A stretch of 64,000 nucleotides of DNA. Source: Lama glama (lineage: Eukaryota). Made by a program: the position numbers and the translations under genes. The stretch lies in contig CM052817.1 of the NCBI GenBank assembly GCA_028534125.1, positions 22,198,001 through 22,262,000 of the forward strand. Reading direction: 5' to 3'. Of the stretch, positions 26,689 through 39,375 are shown one piece after another; position 1 is the stretch's first letter; each line of letters opens with the position of its first letter. A model generated the notes under the pieces. That model was not told the DNA's origin and made no database searches. It saw only the letters and a list, made by a program, of their open reading frames with translations.

Positions 26689-27255
26689 TATCGAGGAGGG
26701 GCGATACTTCCCTCTCTACCCATCTTGAGTTCTTGTGTCTGAACTAATAATAAAAATTGACACCAGATAGCTTAATAGGAGAAAAAGAAATAAATTTTTC
26801 ATTTTTAAGTTTTTAAAAGTAACTCATATGCATGGAGGTGCCATAGAAATGGTACCTAAGATGTGACCAAAACAGGCAGCTTTTATACTTTTTAGACTAA
26901 GAAACAATAAATTTGTAAGGACTAGGTAAGACAAATGAATTTACATGGTTTGGGTGCTCAATTAATGAATAATCTAAACAGAATTCGGGCCTGGAGTAGA
27001 ATTAAAGAAGTAATAAAGCTTGTTTATACAGGCCTTTTGGCCTGAATTTCCTCTCTGCTGATAAAGATGTCCTTTTAACCCTAGATGTATGGAGTGAACT
27101 TTTCACATTTGAGGTTTATTTTCTGCTTTCAGGGAGACAGAAAGGCAGGTCAGAGTGTCCCTCTTGTGTTGGCTCTTTTTTAAGTAATTTTAATTCAGAA
27201 CAGTCAATATGCCATTGAAGAATCGTTTTGGGGTGGCTTACTCTGGGTCCCAATA
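26689..27255 (-). mobile_element. Solo ERV1 LTR (MER34/MER39-like)
   Basis: Antisense counterpart of the 48876 LTR: aattgacaccagatagcttaataggagaaaaag, ggcagcttttatac, tgctttcaggg, caatatgcc...ttttggggtggc. Confidence 0.75.
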
Positions 27256-28522
27256 GGGTCAAATTATCATAGCTTTGAAGTCATATCCATAGGTAGCTTT
27301 CTTAGTACATCTAATGATATACCCGGCAATTTGTAAACTAACTTGGTATTATTATTACTATTATTATTTAAATTATTTTAAAGCAATAGATATAAATTAA
27401 TAGATAAATTTTCAGGAATGTTTACCTAAAACATGAGCTAAAATTCATATTATATAGTAGTATAATTATTTTTAAAGATAAAATAATACTTCTTTTCAAA
27501 TATTTTAGCTTTTTTATGTACTTAGTAATATGTTGGCTATTATTATTTAATTGAAAATTAAAATGCATTAAGTAATCATAAATGTATTACTTGAATGGAA
27601 AATCAAAAATGGAAACTGAGTCATGAAAGACATCTAAGCATATAGGAAAGTTTCCATTCACACAATAAATATTTATGGAACTCATAATTCCTGATATTAA
27701 CAAGGAAACTAGTATTTTTGAACAACTGTCATAAATTCACATGGCATTTATTTCAGAAATAATGCTTAGTTTCTACTTAGGTAGATTGTATTTGTTTAAA
27801 GAATAATGCTTTTATTTGAATTATTTAAAAGCAAATTGCATTTATGTAATAATGATTTATAGAAGCTACAGCTTCCATTCCAGCAAATGGAAGCTCTCAA
27901 CTAGATCAGTTTTGGTACCACCTCAAACTCCCTCATCCATTATAGTTTATTATCCAAAATTGTTGAGAATTCTTTGGACAAAAATTATCAAAGTCATTGA
28001 CATTCAGTTCAAGAAACAAAGTCATTCAAGGAGTAATCATGAAATTTGTAGTTCAGAAACCAAAATAAACTTCTCATTTTCTCACTAATTATTTTCTGTT
28101 GATATAGGAAATGCTCCCTGAGTAGGTGACATTTACATTAAGACCTGAAGGATGTTAATGAGATAAAGGAGCAAGGGCACATTAGAAATAGAAAAGGGCT
28201 TGGTACAGAATAGCAAGGAAGCCATTTCAAATGAAGGACACTGAGTAAGATACAAAGGATGAGGCATGGGCTTCAAAAATTGGCCAACAAATAAATCACA
28301 AAGACGAAGATGAGGATTTTAAGTTTTATTCCAAATTTGATGGCAATCCAATTTTCTTATAACAAAGTGACAAAGTTAGAGGCTAAGAGGAAACAGACCA
28401 TATCCAAATGTTCTAGAAGTTTCAGTTGCCTGTTACTACAAAGCAAGACAATAAAATATTTTCCAGATTAGATTAAATTCATTTGAATAAAACTTAAACA
28501 GCGATAATGTTGCAGCAAAGTA

Positions 28523-29042
28523 TGTTACAGCTCAGTGTTTCAGCTCAGTTGTGACAGCAACCTGGATCCAGGCAAGAGACCAAGCAGCACTCAAAGAGTT
28601 GGAGAACTCAGGTTTATTATGCCAGTGGGCCCAGAGGAGTTAACACTCCAAGCTCTGGACCCCATCTGTAGGTTTACACAGCCTTTTATAGGCTATCAGT
28701 CTAGACTTTGCAACATTTTACAATATCATATGCAAATAAGGTATAACAAAGGTGACTAATTAGGAACAGGCTTTTTAGAAATGGACCAATAAAGGAGTGG
28801 TAGAAATGGGCCAATCAGGAGTGAGCTCCATGCAAATGAAGCACTACAAATGGGCCAATCAGGAGTTAGCTCAGGGAACCAATAGAATCTTAGGGGTAAG
28901 TTCCACTTTCTTAGAAGTAAGCCATTTCAGAGGCAAAAAGCGAGATAATGCCACTGGTCTAGGGAACCGGATGGTGCTGGCAGGAGAGTAATGGCCCTGC
29001 CTGTGGGTCCTGATGGTCTTTTTCATGGGGCTTCCCACCTCA
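28523..29042 (-). mobile_element. Young solo ERV1-type LTR with intact promoter motifs
   Basis: TGTT...CTCA ends and perfect TSD AGTA (28519-28522/29043-29046). Minus-strand TATAAAA at ~28684-28690 and AATAAA at 28613-28618. Four CCAAT boxes. Confidence 0.9.
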
Positions 29043-31229
29043 AGTAATGATAGAGTTTTAGTGTAGAAAGAAATCACTTTCAGATACAGACTTTCATAGT
29101 ATCATAGAACTGGAAGAAATCATATAATATAATTCAACTCTCTCAGCTATAAATGAAGAAACTGATGTGTGAAGGAGTTAAATGTATGTTTTCCTTTGTA
29201 GGTTTTTACTCCAGGTGAGAATTTTACCTAAATCAAAGTATGTAAACTTGTAATGTATATCAGAATTTAATTAGTTTAAAGAAGTTTAAAGGTATTTTTA
29301 AATCCTCAGTGTTACAGAAGAGATTATTATAATAATTAGAAAATGCATATGTTTTCTATTTATGAGTTTACACTAGAATACAGTTTAATTTTTCCCTCTG
29401 ATATCTCACTGATTATTAGGATTCAGTTGTATTTGTAATAATTATTCAGTGAAGCACTGTGAGAGGAGAAAAGATTCAGTCTCTGAAAGGGATCAATTAT
29501 GCACTGAAGTATCAATGTGGAGAGATCTGGGGAGGAATACAGTTAGAGTTGTTGCTGATTTGTCTTTGGATTTGGGGAGACAAATGTATCCACACAAAAG
29601 AATAATAGTAAGCAAGATATGAAAAGTAATTAGGCGGGTAAAAAGCAGAACAATAGAGTTTGAAAAATCAAGGGAAACAACATTTTCAGGGTAGGAATCA
29701 AGAAATGGTCTCTAGAGTTTTCAATTAAAAAACCAGAAATCTGCCAGCACTTGAAATACCTGCACTATAAAATCTCTGTAACTGCCCAGAACAAAACAAA
29801 ATGAACAAATAACCACCCCCCTAAACTCCAAACAAAGCCCTAGGAAATTTATTAATGACTGCTTTTGTGAAAGAGCAGTGTATTTTATAGGATAGATTGT
29901 ATGTAATGATACTCTTTTATTTGTACTGTAAGCCAAAGATTTTAAACACATTTTTGTTTTAGATTGAATTTGCAATGGAAATAAATGGAATGATCACTTG
30001 ACCAGTCTTCTGAGTATATTTTCTAATAATTCAAGGCTTAGTTTATTTTCACTTACAAATTGATCAGGTTACTTACTCATGTATTCTGTATTATTATAGG
30101 TCTACTGAATTCAGCTACTGTAGACTCAATGCAGATCTGAACCCTGTACTTATAGAGCTTATAATCTAGTGAAAGAAACAAGACAAAAAAATAGAGTTAA
30201 GTTGTGATGATGGCTATGAAATAGGAGTATGTTGTGTTACAGAAGGTTTAGCAGTGGACACTGAGTCTGTAAGAGAAGGAAGGATATGTGGCTTAAAGCT
30301 CCTAGGTTTTTAATGACTCTCCAACCGGGTTTCATTAAACAGACTTGCCCAACCACTACATGACTTCTTCACAGTTGACAAAATGTTTAAATTTGCGTAT
30401 TGAATGTGCAGTTCTATGGAAAATTTTATAAACAAAGTTGATTACAAAAGCAGATAATACTCATGATATAACTTGAAGGACACAAAAAGATATCTAACCT
30501 CCAACTCTATGTCAATGAATACTTCATTCAATATAATGATATGATACACAATATATATTATTATGCATTATTTAATAAGATAAAATATAACATAACAAAC
30601 ATAAAAAGATTACTTTGACATATTTATTTGCATAATTCATGTTGTCGCTATATTTCAGATTTCAAGTTTGCCTTTGAGTTATTAATTATAGGATGTTTTT
30701 GCGTGTTTCTCTTCTAGCTAATTCTGTGTGGGGCAAACTCATGCATGGTGGAATCAGTGTCTTGTCATATTCACAAGAAAATATATAAAGCGATATGTAT
30801 AGACATAGATGTAGATATAAATTAGACAAGAGATATACATATAGCTATGTACTGTGTGTGTATATATCTATGTCTCTCTGTGTATGTAGTTATACACACA
30901 CACAAATAAACATGTATATTCCTTATGCTTGATTTATTAAGCCTGTCATGGTGTCAGACAACAGTAGATTGGTGGTATAACTGTAATTTTACTAAGTCTT
31001 GTAAGCAGCTACTAAACAGCTTGATCTCTGAGGGTTGCTTCAATTGATCTGGGAATTTGTTTCCAAGTATTTGCCTAAGCATCTAAGCACTGAAATTAAA
31101 ACTATATTACACTAAATTTTACTCCAACCTCCCTTTTGGGGCAGTGGGAATTGGTGCAAACCTACGATTTTGGTTCAGATTCCAACTCTACAGTTAATGG
31201 GTTGTGTGGGTCATCACTTTTGCCATTTA

Positions 31230-31672
31230 CAGGCATACCTTGGAGATATTTCAGGTTCAGTTCCAGGCCACTGCAATAAAGGGAATATTGCAATAAAGTG
31301 AGTCACAAAAAGTTTTTGGTTTCCCAGTGCATATAAAAGTTATGTTTACACTATACTATAGTCTATTAAGTATGCAATAGTATTATGTCTAAAAAAGGGA
31401 TGTCCCTTAATTAGAAAACACAAAACAAAACAAAAAAATTCCAATAGTAACATCGAAGATCACTGATCACAGACCATCATAATAAACATAATAATAGGGG
31501 GAAAGTTTGAAATAGTTCGATAATTAACAAAATGTGATACAGAGACACAAAGTGAGCAAAAGCTATTGCAAAAGTGACACCCATAGACTTGCTTGAGGCA
31601 AATTACCACAGACCTTCAGTTTGCTTTTAAAAATGCAGTATCTGTGAAGAGCAATAAAACGAGGTGTGCCTG
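31230..31672 (-). mobile_element. Non-autonomous, internally deleted Tigger1 derivative
   Basis: TIRs caggcatacct...gaggtgtgcctg flanked by TA on both sides. Both Tigger1 ends are present within 443 bp. Confidence 0.9.
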
Positions 31673-32605
31673 TAATCTCTCTGAGCCTCCATTAAAATTT
31701 GAAAAGTGACGTAGAATTCTATAAAACCATTTAGATTCTCTTTCTGCAGTAAAATTCTACAATTATATTTCTCATCTCATTAAGTGTTTTCTCCCATTCT
31801 CCACAAGTGTTTCCCGACTGGTCAGAGGGAGGTCTTGCTTTGACTGAATCAACACTTGTTGTGGAGGGAAGTGATCTTTAGACAGGGGATATATCGGAGA
31901 TACATCGAGCTGACTCAATCCCTGAGTTCAGCTAAAATACATTAAACATGTCTTCTATGTTCTTAATCTTCCTTGAAAGCAAGCTAGCAGGCAAAAAAAC
32001 ATATTCATTCCTTATCAGCTTAGCCCAAAACGTAGGAAGCAAAATCCTCTACCCTAAGTAAGTGTTTGGTATACAAATGAATGTGACAGGCTCAAAATAA
32101 GGGGGAGAAAAGTGCCTCCAAGAAACTGGAACTCATTTCTTGCCAGAGTACAGGTTGCAATCTGTGGCCGTAACACTAAATTAAATAAAATGCAAGCGAA
32201 CAAAATGATAAATTGCACAGATATCAGAGTGCGGCATAATTAAATTTCGAATTTCATTGGAACTTTATTTTGAAAGAAAAGAAAATAATGTCTATTTCAT
32301 GGGATCTATTGAGAGACTCGTAAGTTTCAGACATCTTTTCTCATTGAAGAAAAGCCTTACAATAGAACCAAAATGCACTGTTCCATGAATCGAAGGCCAT
32401 TTTAAGTGGAATGAGCATGACTATGTACATATGAATTATGAATGAAGAAACCATGAACACTGGAAGGTCAGTAAAATGCTTCCATGCTAATATTTTCAAT
32501 TTACATGACTGCAAATTACACATAAGATATTTATAAGCAAGCAGTTATTTCAGTTCTTCTGAAATACAGATTTGACTAGATATACTGTTTGCCCTCTGCT
32601 TAGAT

Positions 32606-32826
32606 CAGTCATTCACAACTGGGAGCGATTTTGCCGCCAGGGAACATTTGGCAGTGGCTGCGGACGTTTTTGTCTGTCACATCTGGGCAGGCGCAGGGGG
32701 AGGTTATTGCTTCTGTCACTGACTGAGTCCAGGTGTAGGATGCTGCGACCATGCAGGGGAAAGCCTCCCTAGGAACAAAGAACTGTCTAACTCAAGCCGT
32801 CACCAGTGCTGAGGCTGAGAACCCTG
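32606..32826 (+). mobile_element. MER20 (hAT-Charlie) element
   Basis: cagtcattcacaactgggagcgattttg...agtgctgaggctgagaaccctg. 8-bp TSD GCTTAGAT/CCTTAGAT. Confidence 0.88.
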
Positions 32827-33629
32827 CCTTAGATTAATTACGTACTACCTCACCATCCATTTCACGTAAAGTACGGATTTTGAGAGCGCAAGGTATTAAA
32901 TATTATAATACAGAGTGAAGAAAACAAGGGAAGAGAAGTCATTGTTTTTTAATTAAGATAGAAAAACCGATGTAAGTTGAAAAAAGAAAAAAGAATCAAT
33001 GACAAGGCTCCAGTTTTGTACAACTGTGTCATTCCCAAACTGCACTGAATCTGTTTTGGTTCACTGTAACTCTGACTGTTGTCTACCTTCGCTGCTATTA
33101 CTTAAATAGAGTCAAGACAACAACAGCCTTGTGCTAAACTACAGATTCTCACCCAAATCTAAAACTGGATAGAGTCCAATTCCAAAATTAAGAAATATTG
33201 GAAAACAGCACAGTTAAAATATAAATAATAAAATACATTATATGAAGAACAATAAGCTATCTTTTGCTTTATTTTATTTAAAGGACACTAAGATAGTATC
33301 CTATCTTTGCAGTAGACTAATAACAAGGTATTGAGTTGCCTTGTACTGTAAGACTCTGGTTCTAAATGTTGAGACAAATATTTTAAGAGTAGTTTAGTAA
33401 TCTGAATTACACACATATTATTACAAAAGTAATAGATGTTTACTAGGAAATTGGAAAGTACAAAAAGCATGAAAGTTGAAAATAAAAATTTTCTATAAAT
33501 GTGATGAAAATATTCTGTAAAATGATTTTCTTCCCAGGTCATTTCCAACAAACATTTTAATAAAGATTGCATTGCACTCCATCACATGCATTTACCTTAG
33601 TAGAAGTAACCATTCCCTTATTCATTAAT

Positions 33630-33756
33630 ATATTCATTCATTTGGCAAATATTTGAACTTTTACTATCTACCAGGAATTCACAGGAGATGGATTAGGGAG
33701 CAAACAAAATAAATTTCCTACCTTTATATTTGAACCTATGTTTTATTGCAGAAGGC

Positions 33757-33801
<45 letters not shown>

Positions 33802-34380
33802 GAAAGGTTATTTGGACATAAAGTTATCGTCAAGGGTGAATGGCTGCTTCCAAGGATTGCAGGGAAAGTCTTTGAGGAGGTAATTTAGTCGTCTGTACTA
33901 CATTTGGACCGAGGCCTGAATGAAATTATCTCTCTCAAGTGAGAGCACTTTACTCTCAGCTGCAAAAACATTCAATTCAAAAGCCCTAAGATGAGACTAT
34001 GCTTGCCATTATCAAGAAAAGATAAGTAGACCAGAGAGACGGGAGCAAAGGAAGGTAACCAGGGACTTACTTGGTCAGATGAGGAGGTGAAGGCCGAGGT
34101 TAGGAGACTGGAATGAAGTGGAATGGGAAGCTACTGGAGGGGATGAAATAATACAATTACGGCGTAATAGACCACTCTGCTGGCTGTGTGCAAAGAACCT
34201 GGGAAGGGGGCTGGAGTAATTGTGGGGAACCAGTCAGGAGGTTATTACTGTCGTCCCACAAACGTGAGAATGACCTGCACTGGGGTAGTCCTGGAGGAAC
34301 AGAATAGCAGAATTTGGGACATCAAGTGGAGCCCTTAGTCTTGCTCACAACCTGGGTGACTGTAAGAGAGAGCGAGACCA
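33630..34380 (-). mobile_element. L2 relic (approximate) containing a GT microsatellite
   Basis: attcattcatttggcaaatatttgaac, gaggcctgaatga, accactctgctggctgtgtg and ccagtcaggaggttattac. Confidence 0.65.
33759..33798 (+). repeat. (GT)20 microsatellite
   Basis: Directly visible. Confidence 0.97.
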
Positions 34381-34593
34381 AAAACAGTTCGATTTTAACA
34401 GTCTGAAATACTTCTTGGGTGAAGATTCTTTTTCATAAATCTTCTTACAGATCTTTAATAATTCACTACGGGTAATTACTTATGACTTGAGTGATTGGAT
34501 TTCAGATATGCCCCGTTTATATTTTAAAGCCCACTGATCTAGTATATAGTATGTAGTATGATTCTTTTAAACAAATACCTCATAGTTAGAACC

Positions 34594-34935
34594 TGTTAAA
34601 ATATCAACCGAGGCATATTAAAGAATTTAAGACTTTATTCGAGCATCTATCCATTCCATTCAGGCAGTGCCAAACCAGGAGTGGTTAGGAGTGTTCCACT
34701 GACAGGAGCTCAGGGAGAGACGTGTATAGCAAAAAGAGCAGAAGAAAGGTAAGGAAATTACTGATCGGCTATAGCTTACAGCCTCATTATTATTTCCTTA
34801 GGTTTGAGATTGGCTGTCCTCAGGCTTCAATTTGGTAACCTTGAGACATTTGCTGGCTTCGGTTTTAGTTTGCTTAAATGGGCCACCTGGGCCTTAGAGC
34901 CCCCTCAGTCTAGTGGTCTCCTTGTTAACTTAACA
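34594..34935 (-). mobile_element. Solo ERV1 LTR (MER93/MER65-like)
   Basis: TGTTAA...TTAACA ends, near-TSD AACC/AGCC, antisense AATAAA near 34635. Confidence 0.75.
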
Positions 34936-35529
34936 AGCCAAATAAGTGTAGATTATTATTTTTCATCATTATGACATCATTACATTATTAAATTTTTATA
35001 GAGGCAACTCGTTTGTGAGAAAGTAAGCAGTGATTCACAACCAGCAATGTATCAGAATATCATTTTCCTAAACACTCACCAATATTGTCTATTGCATTTT
35101 TCTACTGACATTTTTACAGGGACAAATTCAATGATATTATGTTTTCATGGATGTGTTGGTCTTGTGTATTTCTTTTTTAGTGCATTGCTTATTCATGTCG
35201 CTTGTTTCTACTTACCTCAAGAACTGATCAATACTTTTTCTATGTAAGTTATATTAACCTTTGTATGGTATACTGTAGATATTTTTCAGGTTTTTATTTA
35301 CATTTAGATTTTTCATTCATCTTGGTTATAAAAATGTTTTTACTTATTGTTTGGAAAATCAACTGAATTTACCTATAATAGATTCTTACTTTGTTTTTAT
35401 TGTACAAAAGCCTCCATTTAAAGAACAAATAGTTTAAAAATATACTTTCTCAATGTGATTCCACGTTTATCTTTTTAATCATTATTTTCACCTGATTTCT
35501 TAGTGATATCTTTTTAATCCTTAAGGTTT

Positions 35530-35950
35530 TATTCATTCATCTATTATTCCATAAATATTTTTGATAATCTAATGAATACCAGGCACTGTGCTAGGGGCCA
35601 GGGAAAATATCATGTGTAAAAATAGAAAGGATGTCATTCCTTGTGAATTTATGCTTTAATAAGGAGAAACAGTAATCACATGATCCCTAAAATACATGGG
35701 AAATTCCTACAGCCATTTGCTACAACAGAGAGGAGTCAAGCTCTAGGCCAGGATATAAAGGATAGATTAAGCTTTTCAAGAGGGGTTGGGGATATTATTT
35801 CTATGGAAGCCACAAAGAAGCTAAAATCTGAAGGATATGTGAGAATTAACTCAGTGTAGGGATTTAGAGGAACACTCCAACAAGGGGAAATAGTTATTCA
35901 AAGACTTAACATCAAGAAGGAATACTTAGCATTCAAGGAGCTAAAGGAAT
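35530..35950 (-). mobile_element. L2 3' relic
   Basis: attcattcat...ccaggcactgtgctagggg...aaaatctgaaggat. Confidence 0.65.
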
Positions 35951-36444
35951 TCCAATTATTTAGGAAGTAAAGTAGAAATTAAAATCATCCTTCTTCCCAA
36001 TAATAAATAATTTTTCCAGAATGAATGATTAAATAGTCTGTCCACTTCCCACCTTAATTGCATACAACTATTTTTATATTTAGGTCTGGGTCTCAGAATA
36101 TTTATGTTTTAGGAAACCGAGCCTTTAGTTTGTCCTTTCATGAATACCAGATACCTTTAATCACTTGGCTTTTACAGTATTACTAAGATGCATTTCAAAT
36201 GAAATGCTATTTTTGAATTATGCAAATGAGGCAACAATTTCTAATCGCTTATAATTTTTTTCAGTGTCAACAGTTGTCTATTCCTTGGGGCCAGATGATT
36301 GAATCGTTTAGCTACTTCATGTTTGATAATGTGTCCTACACTGTAATGAAACTGTGGAAACCTGTGAAGTCAAAGAAATAAGGCTGTTTTTTGAACAGCT
36401 ATCTCAAATGAAGCTTTGCTTTTATATGTGCTTAAATTATTATA

Positions 36445-36690
36445 ATAACAGTTAAAATACCAATTACATTTTGAACACTTGCTCACTATGATCCACTGTA
36501 ATAAAAGCATTACATGTGTATCATTTAATCTTTACAAATCCAACAAAGCACAGACATAATTTAGTCCATTTCACTAATAAGAAAATTAAGTCTCAGTGAC
36601 TAATCCACAGTCACACACAACTAATAAGGGTTGCATTAAGGAGTCCAATTCAAAATCACTTTTATTTCAAAAGTAACATGTTTAACCCCA
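36445..36690 (-). mobile_element. MIR relic
   Basis: catttaatctttacaa...ccatttcactaataagaaaattaagtctcag...cagtcacaca. Confidence 0.6.
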
Positions 36691-37753
36691 ATGCTAACCA
36701 GTATTTATTGTTTCCTGTGACTATATTGTAGTTGGGGTTCAATTAGTTTTGGAAGATTAAGTTAAATCTCTAAATTTCCTAGTGTGTGATATATTGTAGG
36801 CATCTAAACCATATGATTTACTTCAGAAAGAAAATCTGTTTTGGCATAAATATTAATACCCCCCAAACATTTGAGTGTACTGAATAAAGAGTCCTGAATC
36901 ATTTGATTAACTTGGCCTGGAATGCTGAAACACTGCATATTCAGAATTATATCTGGCAACACAAGCAAGGTGATTATTTATCTCAGATATTTGAATTGTA
37001 CTTATGTAGTGAACATTGTTCCTTTAGTCACAAGTTTTTATTCTAGAGCTCCAACTAAATATAAGAATTGAGGATTATATTTCTTAAGAAGGACCATTTA
37101 TATATACCTGTCTATATTGTTTTCCTTTGAGACTTAGAGCAATTTTTAGACTAAATTATACATTTTAAACTTCAAAAGTTGTGTATAGTAATAAACATTT
37201 ATTTCTGCAAGTGGATACTACTCAGATAATGAATACATATGTGGAGTCACTGGATTTTAATACCTCACATGAAAACAGTTGTGGCAGAGAATGCTGTGTA
37301 GTTTAAGCACCCTCAGGGGTAAATAATTTTAAATCAATGACTTCAGATATTATGCTTCTGAAATACAGTCTCTCACAGGAGTTTCCTGGCAACACTGGTA
37401 AACATTATGCCATCTGTATAATTGCTCTGTGTACTTTCATTTCTTTAACTTAAAAGGCAGTGTTGGGGGAAAGGACTACATTAGAAATGGATTACTCTGA
37501 ACACAATTGACAAAATTTTTCTGTTTTATACATATATATATATATATCTGATATTACATATATAAAATTAACAATTAGACTCTGGAGATTTGAGTAGCTA
37601 GAACATATTAGACCATTAGACTTTATTTTCTTCTCATAAGTGAATGTTCTGGGGAGTTTCCTTTACAAGTAATCCAGGTTCTCTGGCTTCTTCTGTGTCA
37701 TGACTCCACTATTCATTTGCTTCCCATTGCAACCTACATCTTTTTGGAGGAAA

Positions 37754-38188
37754 TACAGTGAATGCTGTGGTGTGCTGCCTTCTTGGGACTCAGTATTCAT
37801 TTCTCTACTTGATGGGAATGGTGGCTCTTGAGGGCAGAAACCTGAGGGCCTCTTTAGTTACCCTTGGCTGGAGAAGCTGTCTTTCCCAGGGTTGCTCTTT
37901 TCCTCAGAGACTGTCCACAACAAATAACTAGTCAACGAGGAATTTACAAAGATCCATTCCATTGCTTCAAGTGTTGCTATTGCTGAGAAGCTATTCCAGC
38001 CTTGAACTCACTGTGGCATTGGCTGAGGCCTCTATTGAAGACATATTCTCTATTGCAGAGAGAAATGTCCAACTTCTCTCTTCAATCCTGCTTCCTTCAC
38101 TTCCCTACAAGTATTGTTCTTGAGTATCTTCCAGATTGAACCACCTATATGCAAACATGTCCGTCTCCTATGGAACCAGATTATAAGA
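37754..38188 (+). mobile_element. LTR16-type ERVL solo LTR, nested in an antisense MLT1 relic
   Basis: gaatgctgtggtgtgctgcc start, ttggctgaggcct, and caatcctgcttccttcac. Confidence 0.75.
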
Positions 38189-38385
38189 GAAGAAAGAGAA
38201 AGTGTGGAAGGCACACCCCTGTTTCTTAAAATGTCCTGGCCTGGAAGCCCAAGGTATCACTTCCATTCACATTACAATAGCTTGAACTAGTCTCACGACT
38301 ACGCATAGACACAAGACTACTGAGAAATATACTGCTTCCCTAAAGTATGTACAAAAGAGTGGAAGTACAGAAATCACTGTCACAG
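38189..38385 (-). mobile_element. Old MLT1 (J/K-like) MaLR fragment; its other part is probably at ~37670-37753
   Basis: ggcctggaag...atcacttccattcacatt...gaactagtc...ctgagaaat. Confidence 0.6.
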
Positions 38386-39375
38386 TGAATATGTGAATAG
38401 AAACTTTTAGAAGCTAGGGGACTTAGAATGAAATTGTATTTAAATTGTTAAAATTCTTCAAGTACAAAAATGAGATTTTTGTTTTTTATATGCTTACATT
38501 CAAACCAAGTATAGACAGAACAGAATTATATTCTGTTTCTAGGAGTATTATTTATTTTTTAAATAAATTCAAAATAGATATTTTCTTGTCAAAATTATAC
38601 ACATTATTCTTTCATCTTATGAGAATTTTTAAACTACTGTACATTTGCTAAACAATAAAATCACTTATGAAAGAACAAATCCATAACTATATATTATTTA
38701 TGTTATATTAGTGAAAATGGATAAATAGTTCTGTACTGTGGGGATAAATTTATGATGCAGCCTAGATTAAGAGCCGTGAGATTAAAAGAAATGTTGTCAA
38801 AATAATATTGGAGGAACCAAGGAAGTTTCATCAGCACAGCCATTTTATATGTCTTGTAGGTAGGTAGATGAAAAATGCCCCTTGCATTTATGCAGAGTAC
38901 ATCCTGGAAGGCTATAGTAAGAGGCCTCTGTGTAGAAGATGATACAACATGAACTCTATCTTCATTCATAGTCATTAGCCCAGCCAGGTAGCAGGGCAAA
39001 AAAAAGTTTTAACGATTGCATATGTACAAATCCTGTCACATGGTGTACATAGCTGAAGAATGCATGTATACATACACTAAAAAATATATAATCACAACAT
39101 TTATTCAACATTGAGCAGGCACATTCATAAACAGCAGTAATTTGATTGTATGGCTAGAGCAACATTTAGATTATTCAGTGGAAAGCATTACATTAAAGGG
39201 GAAATTTAGAAAGACAGAAAGTTGCATCAAATTTAACCAGAAGAAATTTTTAGAAAGGCCCATTAGTTACAGTGTTTAACCAAATCTTGTGAAAAGATAA
39301 AAGGGTAAAACAAGGAGATAAAAAAGAGAGAACTGGGAAATGATTTGCATTCTTGCAACTACAAAAGGCATAGTG

